Source of the DNA: an uncultured Candidatus Saccharibacteria bacterium
GTDB lineage: Bacteria; Patescibacteriota; Minisyncoccia; Phycocordibacterales; CAIZLB01
Direction of reading: 5' to 3'
Length of the DNA: 64,000 nucleotides
Assembly (NCBI GenBank): GCA_964368945.1
Contig: CAYJDM010000002.1
Location: 21,386-85,385, forward strand
The notes beneath the pieces are model-generated. The model was not told the DNA's origin. It saw only the letters and a list, made by a program, of their open reading frames with translations, and ran no database searches. Positions 45,150-54,418 of this stretch are shown here, piece after piece. Both the position numbers and the translations under genes were made by a program. Position 1 is the stretch's first letter. The number at the start of each line of letters is the position of its first letter.

Positions 45150-46238
45150 TTGGCCATATTATGTGTTTTCGGCTCGGCTTTCTTTATCCATAAGGCTCAG
45201 GCGGCCACGCGGTCTTCGTTTGCTCCAAAGAATTCCGTATTGGGCCTTTCCTTCGGAATCAAAGAAGCAAAGAGATTCGAAGAGATCGAAATCCCTCAGA
45301 ATGCCCAGAATGTTCCCCTTCTCCAGGCTCCAAAGAATATCGATCCTCAAGCCAAGGCTGCTCCTGCCGTGCTTATCGTGAATGATTCAGCCTTGAGCGG
45401 TGCCAATATCGGCGCGGATGGAGTCGCCGATGCGAATTCTCCTTTCGTCCGAACTTCCGATCAGATCAGCCTTTATACGGTGCATGAGGGAGATACTCCT
45501 AGCGGCATTGCTGCAATGTTCGATATCAATGTGGCGACGCTCTATAGCGCGAACGATCTCAAGAGCAATGAAAAGATCCAGCCGGGACAGGTATTGGTTA
45601 TTTTGCCAGTGGCCGGCGCAAAATTCACGACCAAGTTGAAGGGCGATACGATTTCTCGAATTGCCAAGTCATACGGTGCCGATGTCTCAAAGGTTTCAGA
45701 ATTCAATAATATCCCTAGCAATCAGGCCCTTGAAATCGGCACGACAATCATCATTCCTGATGCGGAGGAAGGCAGCGCGACTGGTCACGATGGAGCAGGC
45801 GGTGCGAAGAAGCCCGTTGCAGCAAAGAAAGATGGAAAGGCTGCCAAGATCGTCGTGAAGACTAAGTCGGGAACATATTTCTCTTGTCCTGTACCGACGG
45901 CCGTAATGTCTCAGAATATCCACGGTCATAATGGCGTCGACCTGGCTGCTCCTTCGGGAACTCCGATCTATGCTGCCGCCGATGGGCAGGTGATGATCGC
46001 GCGATCTGGTGGATGGGGCGGCGGATATGGAACATATGCCGTAATCAAGCATCCTAATGGAATGCAGACGATGTATGCCCATGCGAGCTCGCTTACTGTG
46101 TCTACAGGAGAAAATGTTGTGAAGGGTCAGCTCATCGGCCGAGTGGGAAGCACTGGCGACTCATCTGGAAACCATACTCACTATGAGGTTCGAGGAGGCG
46201 CGAACACTGCCTGCAATGGCTTGAAGAAGATTTACTAA
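45150..46238 (+). CDS. Secreted LysM-domain M23 family metallopeptidase, with an apparent TTG start codon
   Basis: A signal peptide ...FIHKAQAA is followed by two LysM repeats (GDTPSGIAAMF..., GDTISRIAKSY...). The M23 catalytic motifs HNGVDLAAPSGTPIYAAADG and HTHYEV are present. Confidence 0.85.
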   Translation: MAILCVFGSAFFIHKAQAATRSSFAPKNSVLGLSFGIKEAKRFEEIEIPQNAQNVPLLQAPKNIDPQAKAAPAVLIVNDSALSGANIGADGVADANSPFVRTSDQISLYTVHEGDTPSGIAAMFDINVATLYSANDLKSNEKIQPGQVLVILPVAGAKFTTKLKGDTISRIAKSYGADVSKVSEFNNIPSNQALEIGTTIIIPDAEEGSATGHDGAGGAKKPVAAKKDGKAAKIVVKTKSGTYFSCPVPTAVMSQNIHGHNGVDLAAPSGTPIYAAADGQVMIARSGGWGGGYGTYAVIKHPNGMQTMYAHASSLTVSTGENVVKGQLIGRVGSTGDSSGNHTHYEVRGGANTACNGLKKIY

Positions 46239-46253
46239 AGCTGCGGCGATTGG

Positions 46254-47849
46254 CTACTGAAGAAAAGGATTGATGCGCGCATATTGGATAGCCTCCATGA
46301 CATGCGCGTTTTCTATTTCTTCCTTTTCGTCGAGATCGGCTATGGTGCGCGAAATCCTGAATATATTCGTAACGACGCGCTTCGGTATAGAAAGGGCCTT
46401 TTCCGATTCATTGATCGTCTGCAAGGCATCGTTTGCAATGCCGAATGATCGTATGTATTTTGCGGAAAGATGGGCATTCGGCAGATATGCACCTTGATGA
46501 CCGATCTTTGGGTTTCTCAAGCTCTGTCTCTGGGTTGCCGCTTCGATGGATTGCTTCATGCTGAAACCGCTGAGCGTTGAATCCTTGTTATCTTTCTTCG
46601 CTTTATCTCGATAGGGGCCAAATGATTCCTGGTGGAATATCGTCTTGATATGAAATCTATCCAGCATGGGATTGGATATTTTCCCCTGATATTGGCGTAT
46701 GCGAAACGGAGTGCATCTGCAGGCTCCGCTGTTTTGGCTTTCTGTCTTTACTCCTACTGATCCGCATGGACAGAGATTGGTCGTGGCGATGATAATCCCT
46801 TCGAATGCCACGAATGACTGGCGATTACCTCTGCGTATATATGCGCCGCGATGATCGAATATTTCTCGCAGGGATTCTATGGTATCGCGATTGAATTCGC
46901 ATAGCTCATCCAATAGCAACACGCCGTGATGGGCAAGAGATATTTCCCCGGTATGATGCAATGTATTCCCTCCGACCATCGATATGCGCGTCGCATGATG
47001 GTGCGGCATGCGAATCGGCGGCCTATAGAATTCCTCGGCCGAATCATATCTGGGGAGATTTGAATTGAGATATGCGGACTGCACCTCCATTGCCTGTTCA
47101 TATGAAAGATCGTCAAGCAATTCGATGGCGCATCTTGCGAGGGCGCTTTTGCCGGTGCCTGGCATTCCGCCGAATAGGATGGGGTGCCTGCCGGCTAAGG
47201 CGATATGCAATGCGCGCTTATGCTGATCAATGTTATCGAGGGAATCAATTTCGAATTCCTGATGCGAGCGTTGCCGGTCTGTCTCGTTTTCCGCCTCGAT
47301 CAAGTCTTGCGGCGATATTGAAATGGATTTTTTAAATTGCAGGCCCGCGATGTCCTTTAGATTATCTATCGAAGCGATATTGATTTCGTGAATTGCATTG
47401 ATATGTCGAGCGCTTTCCTTTGGGAGAACGAAGTTGCGAATATCATTTTGCAGCGCGACATGCACGAGATGCGATATGTCATCCGAGCAGAAAACGCTGC
47501 CATCGAGTCCGAGCTGGCCTATCAATACGGTAGGTTCTGCGAAATCATCGATCTGCTTTGAGGCTATGAGATATGTCGCGGCGATTGCAAGGTCTGAGTA
47601 ATTGCTGATCTTTTTTATATGCGCTGGCAGCAGAGATACGGTCACTTTTTCATTTCTTCGCTGCGGGATGCCGAAGCCGCTATTCCTCAAGGCAGATAGA
47701 ATGCGAAATCTCGATTCCTGAACCATGCGATCTGCCAACCCGATTATTTTGAAAAAGAATAATCCCGACGATATATCCGTCTCTATCGTCATTAATTCAA
47801 AGCCATCCGTGCCATTGAATACGGAATTGCATGAGCTGAACTTCTTCAT
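46254..47849 (-). CDS. comM: YifB/ComM family Mg-chelatase-like AAA+ ATPase
   Basis: An N-terminal Lon-like domain, Walker A GMPGTGKSALARC and a sensor region match the ComM C-terminal domain. Confidence 0.9.
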   Translation of the reverse strand: MKKFSSCNSVFNGTDGFELMTIETDISSGLFFFKIIGLADRMVQESRFRILSALRNSGFGIPQRRNEKVTVSLLPAHIKKISNYSDLAIAATYLIASKQIDDFAEPTVLIGQLGLDGSVFCSDDISHLVHVALQNDIRNFVLPKESARHINAIHEINIASIDNLKDIAGLQFKKSISISPQDLIEAENETDRQRSHQEFEIDSLDNIDQHKRALHIALAGRHPILFGGMPGTGKSALARCAIELLDDLSYEQAMEVQSAYLNSNLPRYDSAEEFYRPPIRMPHHHATRISMVGGNTLHHTGEISLAHHGVLLLDELCEFNRDTIESLREIFDHRGAYIRRGNRQSFVAFEGIIIATTNLCPCGSVGVKTESQNSGACRCTPFRIRQYQGKISNPMLDRFHIKTIFHQESFGPYRDKAKKDNKDSTLSGFSMKQSIEAATQRQSLRNPKIGHQGAYLPNAHLSAKYIRSFGIANDALQTINESEKALSIPKRVVTNIFRISRTIADLDEKEEIENAHVMEAIQYARINPFLQ

Positions 47850-47946
47850 GTATGCATCATATATCCGCCTGCATTAAATACCCATCAAGAATATATAAAA
47901 ATTATGAAATTCTGCCCTAGGCTTTTTTAACCTAATTAATCCCGCG

Positions 47947-49077
47947 CTATCTCCTGATTCGTCCTGTCGTGATTCTAGACTGTACTTCCTTCAGCCCCCT
48001 CTCGCTGGATACGATGAGAAGCGTCTTTGTATCGAGGAATGTATATAGGAATTTGACCGCGCCATTCGCATCGGTGAGGACTCGCGCATCCTTGTTTTGA
48101 AGAACCATATCCTTGAATGCGGCAGTCTGCGCAGCACCTGCAAATGTAGATGTGCCACTTGTTGCGGCGGTGCTTGTAGATGCTGGCAATGCTGAATATG
48201 GGAAAAATCTTCCGATATCCGTTTCCATAAAAGGCTCCCAGCTCAGCATGCCTGGATATGCGCTTTCATAGGAATTGACTGTCATGAGGATGAATGTATC
48301 ATGCGGATTATTCGAATAGCTGCCGAGGAAATAATTAGTGCCAAGCGCGGCCTTGAGGCTGTCATTCGGTCGGCTGCGCGTCAGATCCAGGAATTCAACC
48401 GCAGTGGTATTGCGAGTCGTCGAAGCCGTGCCTGTGAGAAGCATAGTTCGTCTGATGACGCCGAGATCGAGATTGTCCATCATGGAATCTCTGATTTCCT
48501 TATTGATAAAATCACTCGACTTGTCTCTGGCTGAAACAGCGATCTGATTCTCAGAATAAATAAGCTCGGGCTCGTCGGGAGCAACCTGTTCAGATATCGT
48601 AGGGGCAATCGGCTTATTGAAAAAAGCATATAGCCCATACACGATTCCGCCGACTAGGATGATTGCGCCGAAGATTGCGATGATGGGGCCATAATTCTTT
48701 TTTGGCCGAGCGACATCCGCATACTGCGGGCTTCGCTCCTGCCTTGCCTTTTCAGCAAGGGCGATCTTGATCATTGAGACATTGTCATTCTTTACCGCAC
48801 CGGCCACATCGCTCTGAAATGTCCTGACCGCATTGTTTCGCGAGCCTTCATTTTCAGCCTGCTTTTCAGCATCGAGTGCCTCTCCTATCTTGATTGTCGA
48901 ACGAGGAATCGTTCCAGGCGCCGGCTGCATTGTCGAATTGGCAAAGCCAGAGGCGCTTGATCCCCCATTCGCTGCATTATTAGCCGCATTATTTGCCGAG
49001 CCAAAATCCCCGCCCGCTGGAGGGTTCATCGAAGGGCTCGTATTAAGGCTGGAGTCTGTTTGGTTTTGCATTTCCAC
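47947..49077 (-). CDS. Single-pass membrane protein, hypothetical
   Basis: An N-terminal low-complexity N/A/G-rich region is followed by a transmembrane helix (IIAIFGAIILVGGIVYGLYAFF). Confidence 0.4.
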   Translation of the reverse strand: MEMQNQTDSSLNTSPSMNPPAGGDFGSANNAANNAANGGSSASGFANSTMQPAPGTIPRSTIKIGEALDAEKQAENEGSRNNAVRTFQSDVAGAVKNDNVSMIKIALAEKARQERSPQYADVARPKKNYGPIIAIFGAIILVGGIVYGLYAFFNKPIAPTISEQVAPDEPELIYSENQIAVSARDKSSDFINKEIRDSMMDNLDLGVIRRTMLLTGTASTTRNTTAVEFLDLTRSRPNDSLKAALGTNYFLGSYSNNPHDTFILMTVNSYESAYPGMLSWEPFMETDIGRFFPYSALPASTSTAATSGTSTFAGAAQTAAFKDMVLQNKDARVLTDANGAVKFLYTFLDTKTLLIVSSERGLKEVQSRITTGRIRR

Positions 49078-49594
49078 GATTATTGTTTGGTCGCAATATG
49101 AATTTTCGGGAATTATCGCACATGTCTATGAAGTCATCAGCTGCTGCTCGCAAAGCCGATGATGAAGAGCGTCCGAATGCGATGACCTCCACTTGGCATC
49201 CCTGATTCGTCTGAAGATATTCTACGAGAGGCACGAAGTCCCCATCGCCAGACGCGATGATTACCGTATCAAGTTTCGGTGCGAGCTTGATCGCATCGAC
49301 TGCCAATCCCACATCCCAGTCCGCCTTCTTTGCTCCGTCTGTGAAAATCTGAAGATTCTTTGTCTTTGTCTCGATTCCCATCTTGCTCAATGCTTCGAAG
49401 AAGCTCGTCTCATCCCCTGCTTCTGTCGTGATCACATATGCGATCGCGCGGATGATGGATCTGCCAGCGACCGCCTCCTTCATGATTTCTCCGAAGTTCA
49501 CGCGCGCCTGATAGAGGTTTTTGGCGCTGTGATAGAGGTTCTGGGTATCGATGAAAATTCCAACTCTTTGTTCTTTGTGTTTGATTACTGTCAT
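49043..49594 (-). CDS. NYN-domain (LabA-like) protein
   Basis: The pattern VGIFIDTQNLY...DWDVGLAVDAIKLA...IIASGDGDFVPLVEYLQ...VEVIAF matches the NYN/LabA family. Confidence 0.75.
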   Translation of the reverse strand: MTVIKHKEQRVGIFIDTQNLYHSAKNLYQARVNFGEIMKEAVAGRSIIRAIAYVITTEAGDETSFFEALSKMGIETKTKNLQIFTDGAKKADWDVGLAVDAIKLAPKLDTVIIASGDGDFVPLVEYLQTNQGCQVEVIAFGRSSSSALRAAADDFIDMCDNSRKFILRPNNNRGNAKPNRLQP

Positions 49595-49700
49595 TTGATA
49601 TTAAAAATTAATATGCGTTTGTCGCATTAAACGTATGAAAAGAGAAACAGCATCCTTTTTGATGCTGTTCTCAGTATAGCACTATTTTTTTTCGCTTGGC

Positions 49701-50075
49701 TTACTTAGAAGATTTTGTAGACTTCTTCTTTGCAACCTTCGTTTCCTTTGCCTTTGTTCGGATAGCCTTGGCTGTCTTTGCAGGAGCATCAGTCTTCTTG
49801 CTCGCATCCTTTCGCTTGATATCAAGCTTAGAAATAAGGGCATCGTATCGAGCAGAATCCTTCTTCTGAAGGTATTTGAGGTGAGACTGTCGATTAGCTA
49901 CGAGCTGCAAAAGGCCTCGTCGAGAGTGATTATCCTTCTGGTGCTTCTTAAGGTGCTTTGTGAGCTCCTCGATCTTCTCGCTGATAAGGGCAATCTGCGC
50001 CTCAGGAGAACCAGTGTCCTTGGCATGGACCTGTACGCCCTTGATTACTCGCTGTTTTTTAGACTTTGTTAACAT
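49701..50075 (-). CDS. rpsO: 30S ribosomal protein S15 with a Lys-rich C-terminal extension
   Basis: ...GSPEAQIALISEKIEELTKHLKKHQKDNHSRRGLLQLVANRQSHLKYL matches S15. Confidence 0.85.
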   Translation of the reverse strand: MLTKSKKQRVIKGVQVHAKDTGSPEAQIALISEKIEELTKHLKKHQKDNHSRRGLLQLVANRQSHLKYLQKKDSARYDALISKLDIKRKDASKKTDAPAKTAKAIRTKAKETKVAKKKSTKSSK

Positions 50076-50249
50076 GATTCCCAAGATTATCACAGTTATC
50101 CCCAGTATGCAAGCCGATCCATGGCGTTTTCAGGGGTAGTTTGGTCCAATCTAGGCCTTTGTTGGGCCGTTTTTCTCTATATTTGCATTTGATAAAAGCT
50201 CCCGGGTCCCAATTTCAGGCACCCTATGAATTCAGCCATGGTACTATGA

Positions 50250-51221
50250 ATGCGTATTTTGTCGCAAAATAATATGTCAGACGCCTCAAGCCAGAATAAA
50301 AATAATGCTCCAAAAAATCAGCTTCAGATGCTGAAGCGTCATTTTCTCGAATATATCGAGATCGAGCGAGGCCGAAGCCTGCGCACCGTCCTTAATTATG
50401 ACCATTATTTGAGCCGTTTTTTGGATTTTTCCAAGCTTTCCGACCCGGCCGACATCAATGAGGAGAATATCCGCGAATTCAGGCTCTGGTTGAACCGCCA
50501 ATCAGCTGGCAAGGCTGGAAAAGGCCGCATTTATGCCACCGGACAGGATACCCTCAAGAAAAAGACCCAGAATTACTATCTGATCGCTCTTAGGTCTTTT
50601 CTCAAATTCATGATTACCAAGCGCGGCATCCAAACCGTCTCGCCTGAGGTGATCGAATTGGCCAAAGTGCCCGAAAGAACCCTTGATCTCATGCATCAGG
50701 ATGAATTATATCGCCTATTAGACGCTCCGAAAGACAATAAGGATCCCAAAAAAGCCCTCCGTGATCGCGCAATCCTTGAAACCCTCTTCTCTACCGGCCT
50801 TCGAGTATCGGAGCTTTGCAATCTGCCCCGAGACCTCGATCTGACCAAAGATGAATTCTCAGTCCGAGGAAAGGGCGAAAAAGTCCGCGTCGTCTTTTTA
50901 TCTGAGAATGCGCGCGCGACAATCAAGGCATATTTGGCCAAGGCTACGGATATAGACTCCGCTACGCTATTTAATACGTATCCCCGCGAAGTACAGCGCC
51001 TCATCAAGCACTATGCCGCAAAGGCCGGAATTTCGCGAAAGGTGACGCCTCATATCGTGCGGCATAGCTTCGCTACCGATCTTTTGCAGAATGGCGCCGA
51101 TCTGCGCTCGGTCCAGGCACTGCTCGGCCATGCGAATATCGCCACTACGCAGATCTATACTCATGTTACTGACAAGCATCTCAAGGATATTCACAAGAAT
51201 TTCCACAGCAAGCGCTCATAG
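50250..51221 (+). CDS. Tyrosine site-specific recombinase XerC/XerD family
   Basis: The catalytic-domain motifs ...GLRVSEL... and HIVRHSFATDLLQNGADLRSVQALLGHANIATTQIYTHV (R...HxxR...Y) are present. Confidence 0.85.
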   Translation: MRILSQNNMSDASSQNKNNAPKNQLQMLKRHFLEYIEIERGRSLRTVLNYDHYLSRFLDFSKLSDPADINEENIREFRLWLNRQSAGKAGKGRIYATGQDTLKKKTQNYYLIALRSFLKFMITKRGIQTVSPEVIELAKVPERTLDLMHQDELYRLLDAPKDNKDPKKALRDRAILETLFSTGLRVSELCNLPRDLDLTKDEFSVRGKGEKVRVVFLSENARATIKAYLAKATDIDSATLFNTYPREVQRLIKHYAAKAGISRKVTPHIVRHSFATDLLQNGADLRSVQALLGHANIATTQIYTHVTDKHLKDIHKNFHSKRS

Positions 51222-51235
51222 GTTACACTTAGCAG

Positions 51236-52078
51236 ATGAATAAGACTGCGACAAAGACTGCTAAATCAGCCGGCAAAAGCGCAAAGGGCGCATTTCCCAA
51301 TAAGATCCTCTGCTGGAATGTAAATGGAGTGCGCGCCCTTATCAAAAAGGGCGGCTTTCAGTCTATCCTCGATCAGAATGCGGATATTTTTTGCCTACAG
51401 GAGACAAAGGCACATCCCGAGCAGCTTCCAGAGGAATTTCGCAATCCTGCCGGCTATCATTCTTTTTTCGATCATTCAAAGATCAAGAAGGGCTATAGCG
51501 GCGTCGTAATCTATACCAAGATGGAGCCAGAGAAATTCGTGGATGCCTTCCTCATCAATGGCGACAAGGAGCCTGCCGATCATGAGGGGCGATTCATGCA
51601 GCTCGACTTCCCTGCATTTACCCTTATCAACTGCTATTTCCCCAATGGCGGCGGCCTCCCCGAACGACTTGTCTATAAGCTTAAATTCTTTACTTCATTC
51701 GTAAAGCATGTGAAAAAGCTCCTCGCAGAAGGGCGCGAGCTGATTGTCTGCGGCGATTTCAATATCGTGCACAAAGAGCTCGATTCAGCGCGATTCAAGG
51801 AGAATCAAGGGAATATCGGCTTCCTTCCCGAGGAGCGTGCCCAGATGGATGCTCTCGTAGACGCTGGATTGATCGATATATTCAGGCATTTTTATCCTGA
51901 TAAAAAAGACGCATATACATGGTGGGATATGAAGTCATTCGCTCGCGATCGAAATATCGGTTGGAGAATCGACACATTCTTTGCAACGAAAGGACTTGTG
52001 GATAACTTAAAAGATATGCAAATCGAATCTGAAATTTACGGTTCGGACCACTGCCCTGTTGTCCTTGAATTTAAGTAA
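51236..52078 (+). CDS. xth: Exodeoxyribonuclease III (Xth/APE1 family)
   Basis: KILCWNVNGVRA...IFCLQETK... and GSDHCPVVLEF are EEP nuclease motifs. Confidence 0.9.
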   Translation: MNKTATKTAKSAGKSAKGAFPNKILCWNVNGVRALIKKGGFQSILDQNADIFCLQETKAHPEQLPEEFRNPAGYHSFFDHSKIKKGYSGVVIYTKMEPEKFVDAFLINGDKEPADHEGRFMQLDFPAFTLINCYFPNGGGLPERLVYKLKFFTSFVKHVKKLLAEGRELIVCGDFNIVHKELDSARFKENQGNIGFLPEERAQMDALVDAGLIDIFRHFYPDKKDAYTWWDMKSFARDRNIGWRIDTFFATKGLVDNLKDMQIESEIYGSDHCPVVLEFK

Positions 52079-52128
52079 TTTCCCTGCGCAATTGCATGTG
52101 GCTTGTCCTTTATCCACAAGATAATTTC

Positions 52129-52156
52129 GCTATGTCCTTTACACTTCATTAAGGAC
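52129..52156 (+). promoter_or_regulatory. Promoter TTTACA-16nt-TATAAT with no downstream + strand ORF
   Basis: The sequence is tttacacttcattaaggacatataat. A perfect DnaA box TTATCCACA lies 10 nt upstream, at 52111-52119. Confidence 0.5.
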
Positions 52157-52486
52157 ATATATAATGTGATGCAGAGAGCGCTCTTCAGTTAGAGGCAGCA
52201 GTTGTTTGATTCATGGAATCATCGGTAATAAGGGAGGGATTCGCGAAACGAGTCCTCAAAATATATTTTAAGCAGTGACTTCCGTTATCGCCTAAAAATC
52301 CCCCGCTGTTATGCGACAGATTCCTTGCCGCCCTTTTTATGGGTTGGCTCTCTTACAAACCGCTTACGAGCGGCGCTACAAATTTTCTTTGGGACGGGTA
52401 CGTTAAATTATTGAGGTAAAAGTTCTTTCACAACAATGCGCCACTCTAGGCGGTTTATTTTTGCCTGGATTTTTCATATACATAAG

Positions 52487-52513
52487 CAAAAACCGGCGAT
52501 TTGCCGGTTTTAA
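52487..52513. terminator. Bidirectional intrinsic terminator. It ends the cca gene on the minus strand and the putative + strand transcript.
   Basis: The stem aaccggc / gccggtt has loop gattt and is flanked by an A-run and a T-run. Confidence 0.7.
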
Positions 52514-52514
52514 G

Positions 52515-53996
52515 CTATTTGACTCGGTATTTGTCCTTTATAACCTTGAGTTCGGCTTCCTCTACCATATCTTTCTTTGCAATCGCCACCGCGGACATCG
52601 ATTTCAGTTCCTCGGTAGGCATCTTTTCAAGCTCTGTGACACGTGAAACGAGGCTTTCTACTGTATTCTTCGCCGGATCTTCAATCACATCTTCTAGGAG
52701 AATGTTTAACATGAAACCTATTCTCGGTCCTGGTTCCACATGTAACGTTTCGATTATATCCTTCCCATCAATTTTGAGCATTCCTACAGATACCGGATCC
52801 CTGAGAACCTCTTCGATCATGGATATGTATTTTCGAAGTCTGTAAGGGTCTTCTTTAGGACGACCTGTTCCTACTCGGTCACAGATCCGAAGATTGATCA
52901 GATCCCATATAAGCTTATCCCCTACATTGGCAACCATTCTTCGTACGGCAGATAAGGTAATCTGATTAACATCGCTGAAAAACATATGCCATCGGACGAG
53001 TTTTGTTACGATTTCCATCGTTTCACGTGAAAACTTAAGTCTCTCAAGGATAGATTTTGCCATCTTCGCCCCTACAACCTCATGTCCGTAAAAGGTATAG
53101 TCACCTTTTTCTTCTGAATATCGGCGGCTCCTTGGCTTCCCTACATCATGTAATAGGGCGGCTAACCTAACCTCTAATGGGTATTTTTTGTCTATTGCAC
53201 ATTGTAGGCTTCGAACCAGGTGCTCGAATACCTCAAAGCTATGTGCCTGATTCTGTTTCATATGTAACCCTTCCTCTAATTCAGGCAGGATTTTAGCCAA
53301 AAGGCCCATTTTCTGTAAGACAAACAACCCCATGGCTCCGTTATCGGACATAAGGAGCTTGGAAAGCTCGTCTCTTATGCGCTCCCAAGCGATCTTTTCA
53401 AGGACAGACACATTCTTTGTAATGGACATTTCAGTGTCCGATTCAATGGTGAATCCGAGTTCAGCTGCTAATCGGACAGCGCGCATTATCCTGAGTCCAT
53501 CTTCCCTGAACCGGGCTCCCGGCTCCCCTACTGTCCTTAATGTCTTTGATGAAATATCGTTCACTCCGTCGAAATCATCCACGAAAATATCGCCTATCGG
53601 ATCATATGCTATCGCATTTATCGTAAAGTCTCGGCGCATCAGATCGTCATGGATATTGTCGCTGAAGCTTATCGTATCCGGGTGCCGAGCATCCCCATAC
53701 TCTGACTCTACTCGATAAGGAGTCACTTCGATTATTTTCAAGCTGGGATTTGCCTCTTCTTCGAATACCACCCCTACCGTTCCATAGGTGTTCTCATAAT
53801 AGGTCTTTGGGAACAATGCGATGATCTCGTCGGGCACGGCATCTGTGGTGATATCCCAGTCTTTGGGCTCTTTTCCCAGGATAATATCGCGCACGCAGCC
53901 CCCTACCAGGTATGCTTCGAATCCGGCATTTTGCAACACTTTAATACATTCCAGGGCATTTGCCGGGATTGCGCTATTGATCTTAGGGGCATTCAT
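52515..53996 (-). CDS. cca: CCA-adding tRNA nucleotidyltransferase / poly(A) polymerase family with a C-terminal HD domain
   Basis: The pattern GGCVRDIILGKEPKDWDITTDA matches the nucleotidyltransferase head. An HD motif LLHDVGKP is also present. Confidence 0.85.
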   Translation of the reverse strand: MNAPKINSAIPANALECIKVLQNAGFEAYLVGGCVRDIILGKEPKDWDITTDAVPDEIIALFPKTYYENTYGTVGVVFEEEANPSLKIIEVTPYRVESEYGDARHPDTISFSDNIHDDLMRRDFTINAIAYDPIGDIFVDDFDGVNDISSKTLRTVGEPGARFREDGLRIMRAVRLAAELGFTIESDTEMSITKNVSVLEKIAWERIRDELSKLLMSDNGAMGLFVLQKMGLLAKILPELEEGLHMKQNQAHSFEVFEHLVRSLQCAIDKKYPLEVRLAALLHDVGKPRSRRYSEEKGDYTFYGHEVVGAKMAKSILERLKFSRETMEIVTKLVRWHMFFSDVNQITLSAVRRMVANVGDKLIWDLINLRICDRVGTGRPKEDPYRLRKYISMIEEVLRDPVSVGMLKIDGKDIIETLHVEPGPRIGFMLNILLEDVIEDPAKNTVESLVSRVTELEKMPTEELKSMSAVAIAKKDMVEEAELKVIKDKYRVK

Positions 53997-54072
53997 TGGT
54001 GAAATAGTAGTATATATTTTGATTTTTTGCTATTTATGATGTAATATCATCCTGCTGAGTTGAACATTATAT

Positions 54073-54144
54073 GCACTTGTGGTGAAATGGATATCACAAC
54101 GGTCTTCGGAACCGTTATTCCAGGTTCGAATCCTGGCAGGTGCA
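54073..54144 (+). tRNA. tRNA-Arg (anticodon TCG)
   Basis: The acceptor is GCACTTG/CAGGTGC, the D-stem is GTGA/TCAC, the anticodon loop is cuUCGga and the T-arm is CCAGGTTCGAATCCTGG. Confidence 0.8.
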
Positions 54145-54177
54145 CATGTCGTAGAAATAGGACATATGCGGGTATGG

Positions 54178-54248
54178 TTTAGTGGTAGAATACGTCCTTG
54201 CCAAGGACGAGACAAGGGTTCGATTCCCTTTACCCGCACCAAATACAA
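54178..54248 (+). tRNA. tRNA-Gly (anticodon GCC); CCA is encoded at 54249-54251
   Basis: The acceptor is GCGGGTA/TACCCGC, the anticodon loop is cuUGCCaa and the T-arm is AAGGGTTCGATTCCCTT. Confidence 0.9.
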
Positions 54249-54250
54249 AG

Positions 54251-54296
54251 GCACCCATGCTAATAGCATGGGTGCCTTTGTATTTGGCCGGAGCTA
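54251..54296 (+). terminator. Strong intrinsic terminator after the tRNA-Arg/tRNA-Gly pair
   Basis: The 17-bp stem aaatacaaaggcaccca...tgggtgcctttgtattt is followed by T's. Confidence 0.75.
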
Positions 54297-54398
54297 AGGG
54301 ATGAGAAAGCCGGACGAAGTTGCGCGATGAGCCAAAGGCGAAGCGCAACGAGGAGGCGGGGCCGACGGGCTTTTTGCGGAGCAAAAAGAACCGGTGAC

Positions 54399-54418
54399 CG
54401 ATTCCCTTTACCCGCACC
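54399..54418 (+). repeat. 20-nt perfect direct repeat of the tRNA-Gly(GCC) 3' end (cgattccctttacccgcacc), 168 nt downstream of the tRNA
   Basis: It is identical to 54231-54250. The intervening ~100 nt are GC-rich (~60%), unlike the surrounding sequence. Confidence 0.7.

Noticed and set aside
44800-45150. Possible RNase P RNA or SRP RNA on the minus strand. It contains GGUGAAAC, GGGAAAGCAGC and GGACCGGAAGG-like fragments.
   Set aside because: The universally conserved P4 sequences (GGAAAGUCC... / ACAGAAnCCGGCUUA) are absent. The SRP domain IV motif is not contiguous. The fragments are too scattered to support either call.
52160-52500. RNase P RNA, tmRNA or 6S identity for the promoter-terminator-bracketed transcript
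   Set aside because: The unit has no GGAAAGUCC or ACAGAA..GGCUUA motifs and no tRNA-like 3' end with a GGUUCGA T-loop. It remains a candidate RNA of unknown class.
54030-54417. ORFs 54030..54269(-), 54079..54297(+) and 54115..54417(-) from the six-frame track
   Set aside because: They overlap the tRNA-Arg and tRNA-Gly genes and their terminator. Their translations are tRNA-derived nonsense.
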